Origin: Candidatus Uhrbacteria bacterium CG10_big_fil_rev_8_21_14_0_10_50_16
Lineage (GTDB): Bacteria > Patescibacteriota > Patescibacteriia > UBA9934 > UBA11717
Length of the DNA: 64,000 nucleotides
Direction of reading: 5' to 3'
NCBI GenBank assembly: GCA_002774875.1
Contig: PCYM01000001.1
Coordinates: 246,153 to 310,152, forward strand
Below are positions 58,981 through 64,000 of the stretch, one piece after another. The first letter of the stretch is position 1, and the number at the start of each line of letters is the position of its first letter. The translations under genes and the position numbers were made by a program. The notes under the pieces are model-generated. The model was not told where the DNA came from and did no database searches. It saw nothing but the letters and a program-made list of their open reading frames with translations.

Positions 58981-59712
58981 TTACTCAACGGGCAAAATCT
59001 CGATCGACTTAATAACCGGTGGAGTTAACGGCTTGTCTGATGGCGGACCACTCGTCTCCACCGTTGCAAGCATGTTTACCACATCCATGCCATCCGTCAC
59101 CTGTCCAAAAATCGTGTAGAGATTTGGAAGCGGCGTGTTGCCATGCATAATAAAGAACTGACTACCGTTGGTGTTAGATCCGGAGTTTGCCATAGCCAGT
59201 GTTCCTGGTTGGTACGTATTATGTCCACGTCCAAGTTCATCTGGGAATTGGTATCCCGGGCCACCCATACCCCATCGCGAGCTCAGGTTGACATCCTTTG
59301 ACTGTGGATCTCCTGTTTGAATCATAAAATCCTTGATAATGCGATGAAATCGTACCCCATCGTAAAACCCTGTATTTGCAAGGATAAGAAAGTTACTCAC
59401 GGCCGCCGGGGCCTCATCTCCATACAACGCAATCGTCACATCTCCCTTATCGGTGTGCAAAACAACGGATCGATTCACACGTTCTGCCTCCACCAAAATC
59501 CCAGGGAATGCCGTTGGCGGCGCAGTAAAGTCAGACAAGGACACGTCTCCAGTCACAGGTTCAACAACGGGTTCTTCCATAGGAACAGTATTAGGTTCTA
59601 CTTGTAATTCGATCGGTTCCTCCACGGAGGCCGGGACGCATCCCGCTCCCACAAACATAAACAGGCCCAAAAACGCGCACAGTGATGTAAGTTGTTTCAT
59701 AGATTGATTCAT
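58981..59712 (-). CDS. cyclophilin-type peptidyl-prolyl isomerase (lipoprotein)
   Basis: FHRIIKDFMIQTGDP, LAMAN, NGSQFFI, YTIFGQV; GAGC site. Confidence 0.95.
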   Translation of the reverse strand: MNQSMKQLTSLCAFLGLFMFVGAGCVPASVEEPIELQVEPNTVPMEEPVVEPVTGDVSLSDFTAPPTAFPGILVEAERVNRSVVLHTDKGDVTIALYGDEAPAAVSNFLILANTGFYDGVRFHRIIKDFMIQTGDPQSKDVNLSSRWGMGGPGYQFPDELGRGHNTYQPGTLAMANSGSNTNGSQFFIMHGNTPLPNLYTIFGQVTDGMDVVNMLATVETSGPPSDKPLTPPVIKSIEILPVE

Positions 59713-59812
59713 AGCCTGCCGATAGTATCAACTCATGTTCCGTCCGTCAAAAAGCCCTCCACAAAAAAAACATGACCCTTACGAATCATGTTTCAACGAA
59801 CCGATCTGTCCG

Positions 59813-60034
59813 TTATTGTTTGAGTAACTCAATCTGGTGTGCCTGGGTCTCAATCACCGTCTGCTGCTCACGCATGCGGAAGTTGGAAATGGACATCACA
59901 ATTACCAGCCCAAACACGGTCACCAATAACATAACCATAAGTTCTACGTGACCCTTTGACATGCAGCGTATACATCCATGAACGCACGAGGTACACGATT
60001 TTTTAACGGATGAGGATTTTGTTTTTGTTGCCAT
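59813..60034 (-). CDS. small single-TM protein
   Basis: Cys-rich N-terminus, TM, coiled tail. Confidence 0.6.
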   Translation of the reverse strand: MATKTKSSSVKKSCTSCVHGCIRCMSKGHVELMVMLLVTVFGLVIVMSISNFRMREQQTVIETQAHQIELLKQ

Positions 60035-60070
60035 AAGGTTTTATTGATACTTGTATTCTATCAAATTTTT

Positions 60071-60835
60071 TTACGGTGTCTGTGGATGAATAAGTGTCGA
60101 GCAACCGGAACCTACGTCCCAATGTGTTATGGCACGCAGCGTTGCGGATCGTTCCACACCATCTATGCGCAGACTCACCGATTTATCACTCACCGTTTGC
60201 ACACGTTTATCGCGCACGGACACGGGCTGCGCACAAATCCATCGATCCGCTTCTTGATCCAACAACACGAAATCTGCGTCCACCGTGGCATAGGCTAAAT
60301 CTACCGAGTAGCCTGTAGTGCCAACGGGAATCATGGCGTGGACGTCGGCCAAAAGCGCCTCTCGATCTGTATCAAATGTATTGATTACTGGCCGCTCCAA
60401 TAACGCCCAGTGAGAAAAATGGTTGGTGTGCGCCTCAAACAAGCCGGTCTCGGTGTTGCGTGTGGTGTCCACCGGCACCCAGGTATTACGATCGCCATCA
60501 AAATAGGCAATAGAGTACGTCTTAGATCCACTGTAATCTGCAGCTTTCATATGAATCGTCACTGGCACGGGTAACAAGACCCCATCAGGCTCTGCCACAT
60601 AGACATCGCTCACCACAGACGTCCAAACCTTATTAGAAGCGTCTACATCTTTTGCAACATGAACGGCAACCGTAGAGGGGACATCTCCCTCAACAGCAAA
60701 GAGACCGTCGTCCGATTGTGCCTGCACAAATTCTGGACGCACATCCAAAAAAAGAACGGCCCACAAAATCGTGGACAAAAATCCGACGACAAGCAACGGT
60801 CCCACCCATTGTTTCTTCCGTTTGTGCTGCAACAT
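60071..60835 (-). CDS. membrane-anchored hypothetical protein
   Basis: TM followed by beta domain ending HTNHFSHWAL. Confidence 0.7.
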   Translation of the reverse strand: MLQHKRKKQWVGPLLVVGFLSTILWAVLFLDVRPEFVQAQSDDGLFAVEGDVPSTVAVHVAKDVDASNKVWTSVVSDVYVAEPDGVLLPVPVTIHMKAADYSGSKTYSIAYFDGDRNTWVPVDTTRNTETGLFEAHTNHFSHWALLERPVINTFDTDREALLADVHAMIPVGTTGYSVDLAYATVDADFVLLDQEADRWICAQPVSVRDKRVQTVSDKSVSLRIDGVERSATLRAITHWDVGSGCSTLIHPQTP

Positions 60836-60903
60836 GATGCAAGTATAACATGCGATGGTCAGAAAAAAAGTGGAGGGCGCCCAGTGGACACCCTCGCGTA
60901 AGT

Positions 60904-61461
60904 CTATGCGTGCCGCGCAAGCCACCTGTCGCGCGTCAACACCCACAGAAGTTCATCATGCCACGTTCCATCACGGAAGAACTGATCCGGCATCCGACCA
61001 ACCTCCACGTATCCGCTCTTCTGCAAGGATCTATTTGATCGCAGGTTGTTGGCGACCGTAGCGGATCGTACCGTGCGCAGATTGAGCGTGTTAAACGCGT
61101 GACCGAGCAAAAGCTCCTTGGCCTCGGGTCCATACCCACAGCCACGACATTCCACCTCACCGATCAGCATCCCAGTAACCGCTGATTGATTGAGATGATC
61201 AATCCTATGCAGACCGATGTTGCCAATGTGTCGATTTCCCTCGTTGAGTACGATTGCGAGCACAATCTCATTCTCGTCTTGATACAGACTCTCGATCCAC
61301 GCCTGTTCACGTGCCAGATTGTAGACTCCACGACTTCCGAGCCACTTGCGAGTCTCGGGGTGATTGATCCACCGAGTGGCACACGGCGCGTCTTCCACCT
61401 CCAACGGACGCAAATACAGACGGACTCCTTGTAAAAAGACGACGGGCTTTTGCGGTTCCAT
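60904..61461 (-). CDS. GNAT acetyltransferase (RimJ/RimL family)
   Basis: LYLRPLE, HIGNIGL, RGCGYG.EA, N.RS...QKSGY. Confidence 0.92.
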   Translation of the reverse strand: MEPQKPVVFLQGVRLYLRPLEVEDAPCATRWINHPETRKWLGSRGVYNLAREQAWIESLYQDENEIVLAIVLNEGNRHIGNIGLHRIDHLNQSAVTGMLIGEVECRGCGYGPEAKELLLGHAFNTLNLRTVRSATVANNLRSNRSLQKSGYVEVGRMPDQFFRDGTWHDELLWVLTRDRWLARHA

Positions 61462-61694
61462 ATATCTTCTCCTGGTCGCCAATCAAAACACCCCTACCGT
61501 CCAATTACGGCAAGGGTGTGCTGACTGCATCTATCTAGTCGATCACAACACCTAGCCGCTTGGAGCGACGTTCATCTGCTTGGCGCAGATAAGCACGTGT
61601 TGTGTGTAGGATATATTCATAACACTTCTATAAGACCATACGGCTGTGCATCTGTCAACCCCTCTCCCCTCACCCTTGACACTCTGTGAGAAAA

Positions 61695-61718
61695 GGGTGC
61701 CTGTCCCCTTTATCCACA
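61695..61718 (+). repeat. dispersed GTGCCTGTCCCCTTTA repeat, copy 2
   Basis: Matches 18073-18093 (inverted) and 62746-62768. Confidence 0.8.
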
Positions 61719-62133
61719 ATTCATGTGGCCTCAAACAAGGACATCCGTTAATAGCGAACAGATCACCCCCTCACCCCTCCTTCGCAGGGAGGGGAGGAAA
61801 GCTAGATCAAATCCAGCCTGTCGCAACCCGAGGATATGTGCGTTTTGAAGGCGAGCCCATAACTCACTCAAAACACACATGTCCGAAGATGAGCGAGTGC
61901 GGCAAAGGGTTCTAGCAATGCAGGAGCGAAGTACGTTGCTTATAAATAATCCGCGTTGGGCGTCGACCCAATCTTTAGCAGACGCAGGCAATACACTGGT
62001 ATGTCGACGACTCCTTGCGGATTATTTAAAGCAATGTGCCGAGCGACCCCTTGACAAATGGGTCTTTTTGTGGTATAAGAAGCGGGTTCGCAAACCCCTA
62101 TTTCGCCTAAAACGGCGGAGAGAGACGTGCAAA

Positions 62134-62676
62134 ATGGAGCAGTTCCTCGTTCCCATCCTGTTGGTCGGCAACCTCCTGGGCTGGAGCCTTGTGCTCTGGT
62201 TCGGAAACGAGTTCAGGAAGAAGTTCTCCTACATGGACGATTTCCGGCGAAATGCCGGGAACATGGCCTGTGACTTCTGGATCGAGGCCATGACCTCGCT
62301 CCACGGCCAGAAGGATCGTGCCGGTAGGAAGCCCGGCATGAACACCTTCCAGCTCCAGGCCGACGAGGCGTTCACCACGCTCGTCGGGTTCAATCTGGTG
62401 GTGCCTCAGTGGGCCCGCCCGCTGTTCCGCGCCCTCTGCGGGCGTGACAGCGGGTTCGACTACTACGGCCGGGTGTCTTCGACCGTCATCGACGGCCGAC
62501 ACACGGCCTTCGTGACGACCTGGTTCGGGAAGAACCAGTGCATATTCCGGTTCCTCTCGTCCACGAGGGGGGTAAAGATCACCCTCCTCAAGGAGCCGGT
62601 CACTTACCGGCACGAGGACGCCCACGGCGTGTACCCGCCGCACTTCTACCAACGCTGGCTCGGGTGGTACGCCTGA
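62134..62676 (+). CDS. GC-rich orphan hypothetical protein with N-terminal TM
   Basis: TTGACA-N17-TATAAG promoter (62051-62079); strong GC3 bias; hairpin at 62687-62730. Confidence 0.7.
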   Translation: MEQFLVPILLVGNLLGWSLVLWFGNEFRKKFSYMDDFRRNAGNMACDFWIEAMTSLHGQKDRAGRKPGMNTFQLQADEAFTTLVGFNLVVPQWARPLFRALCGRDSGFDYYGRVSSTVIDGRHTAFVTTWFGKNQCIFRFLSSTRGVKITLLKEPVTYRHEDAHGVYPPHFYQRWLGWYA

Positions 62677-62745
62677 TCTCTCCTTCAGCCCCCAAGTCAA
62701 AGTCCCCTGGACTTCTCGACTCGGGGGCTTTGACGTTTGCATTAT

Positions 62746-62768
62746 GGGTGCCTGTCCCCTTTACCACA
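62746..62768 (+). repeat. dispersed GTGCCTGTCCCCTTTA repeat, copy 3
   Basis: One-base indel relative to copy 2. Confidence 0.75.
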
Positions 62769-62787
62769 GGCAAACAAAAACAGCCCC

Positions 62788-63840
62788 TTAATCGGAGCTG
62801 TTTGTTTTTTGCACGTTTTCCCACGGCAAATCCACCCTCCCCACTTGTCCGTAACTGGACAGTGCACGATACAGCGGCTTGTCGAGTCCAAATCGCTGCA
62901 CAATAGATTCAATCGAAAATTCAAACTGTTCTTTTATATACTCCGTGAGATCCTCACCTGCATCACCCGTCGCCTCGATGATAATTGGATCCACGCGACC
63001 AATCGTGTAGACAATTTTGACCAGCGCCTGACTTGCCTTACCCTGAGACACAAGTGTCTTGGCAATAAATCGCGCCATGTAACTCCCCGCACGCGCAGGA
63101 TGACGCGGATCTTTACCGCAGAGAGAAATATTCCCTTGTGGCACAAGTCCACCATATAAATCCGCGCCTACTCTGCGTCCCGACTGCCCCGTAGCACACG
63201 CAAGCCCGCCTTGCGTAAACGGACCCGCAGGATTTACAAATAGCTTCACTTTGTCCACCGATCCAATCACTGGTCGAATAATATGTTCCAAAATGCCTCC
63301 GTGAATCTCTTGCACTTTTACCTGGGCATCGTGCTGCGCAAAAATAGAAACATGGGATACTTCGCGACCGTTCATGGCCACCAACACGCGGCCGTCGGGC
63401 CGGAGCCACTTCATAGCAACATCATGCTGCCGCGCCTCGTCGATTTTACTCGCCAGCGCGTTTGCATACACAAGCGACGGTGGCAACATCTCGCGCGTAG
63501 CTTTTGTGGCGTATCCATAGCAAACAGCTTGATCGCTCGCTGCGCCCTTCCCCACCAACGCCGACCATTCTCGCTCGTGCGCACCCAAATGTACAAATGG
63601 TTCCACCTCATCCTCGTAACCTGCCTCCCTATACACGCGTTTTGCAATCGCACTCACATCAAAATCAGCCCGCGAATCCACCTCGCCAGAGATCATCATA
63701 GCTCCGTGACCACCAAACACCTCAATATTCACGCGCGCATCTTTATCGCGACGCAAAAACTCGTCTACAATAGCGTCGGCAACTTGATCACATAATTTAT
63801 CGGGGTGCCCCGCAAGCACCGCCTCGGCGACTTTTAACAT
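62788..63840 (-). CDS. metK: S-adenosylmethionine synthetase homologue (divergent)
   Basis: GHPDKLCDQ, DQ...YGYA, LRPDG, NPAGPF, GKDP; several active-site motifs altered. Confidence 0.88.
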   Translation of the reverse strand: MLKVAEAVLAGHPDKLCDQVADAIVDEFLRRDKDARVNIEVFGGHGAMMISGEVDSRADFDVSAIAKRVYREAGYEDEVEPFVHLGAHEREWSALVGKGAASDQAVCYGYATKATREMLPPSLVYANALASKIDEARQHDVAMKWLRPDGRVLVAMNGREVSHVSIFAQHDAQVKVQEIHGGILEHIIRPVIGSVDKVKLFVNPAGPFTQGGLACATGQSGRRVGADLYGGLVPQGNISLCGKDPRHPARAGSYMARFIAKTLVSQGKASQALVKIVYTIGRVDPIIIEATGDAGEDLTEYIKEQFEFSIESIVQRFGLDKPLYRALSSYGQVGRVDLPWENVQKTNSSD

Positions 63841-63950
63841 AGTGGGTTTACCTTAGCATGGACTTGCGGGAATGAGAAGAACCACGCATACTGCTTAGGA
63901 ACCTTAGTATTAACTTCCGGGTCTGCAAATGCGGCCCCAAACCCTCATAT

Positions 63951-64000
63951 ATGGACCATGAACATGATCATGATCACGAGGAGGAATGCTGCTCCTCACC
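63951..64000 (+). CDS. start of a His/Cys-rich protein, truncated by the window edge
   Basis: MDHEHDHDHEEECCSS... Confidence 0.5.
   Translation, partial: MDHEHDHDHEEECCSS

Noticed and set aside
61600-61800. Replication origin
   Set aside because: Single DnaA box, no box cluster, no dnaA or dnaN in the window.
1-64000. CRISPR array or cas genes
   Set aside because: No regularly spaced repeats seen; the RecB-like gene at 55410-56825 fits the TM0106 family and has no cas neighbours.

Overview
Chromosomal window of a small-genome bacterium, most likely Patescibacteria/CPR (Parcubacteria, Uhrbacteria-like). This is inferred from the archaeal-type pyrH, alpha2-type glycyl-tRNA ligase, DUF4012, GAGC lipobox proteins and mostly SD-less or leaderless core genes. 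The window is mainly housekeeping genes (RND efflux, riboflavin genes, copA, uppS, tpiA, glyQS, frr, holB, mreB, rplJL, pyrH, xseAB, metK) interspersed with self-contained orphan genes. Two things stand out. (1) An 8,550-bp integrative element (18210-26759) with two tyrosine recombinases and defence-type cargo. It has split the host tRNA-Thr(GGU) gene in the anticodon loop without rebuilding it at either junction. It instead carries its own complete tRNA-Thr(GGU), whose att core is interrupted by a 208-nt group I intron, and it has internal inverted repeats that could make its SIR2/DUF4145 cassette invertible. (2) A ~645-nt densely base-paired transcription unit (about 33890-34535) with a consensus promoter and terminator and no credible ORF, a candidate unnamed large ncRNA. 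All family calls come from motif recognition by eye; no searches were run.
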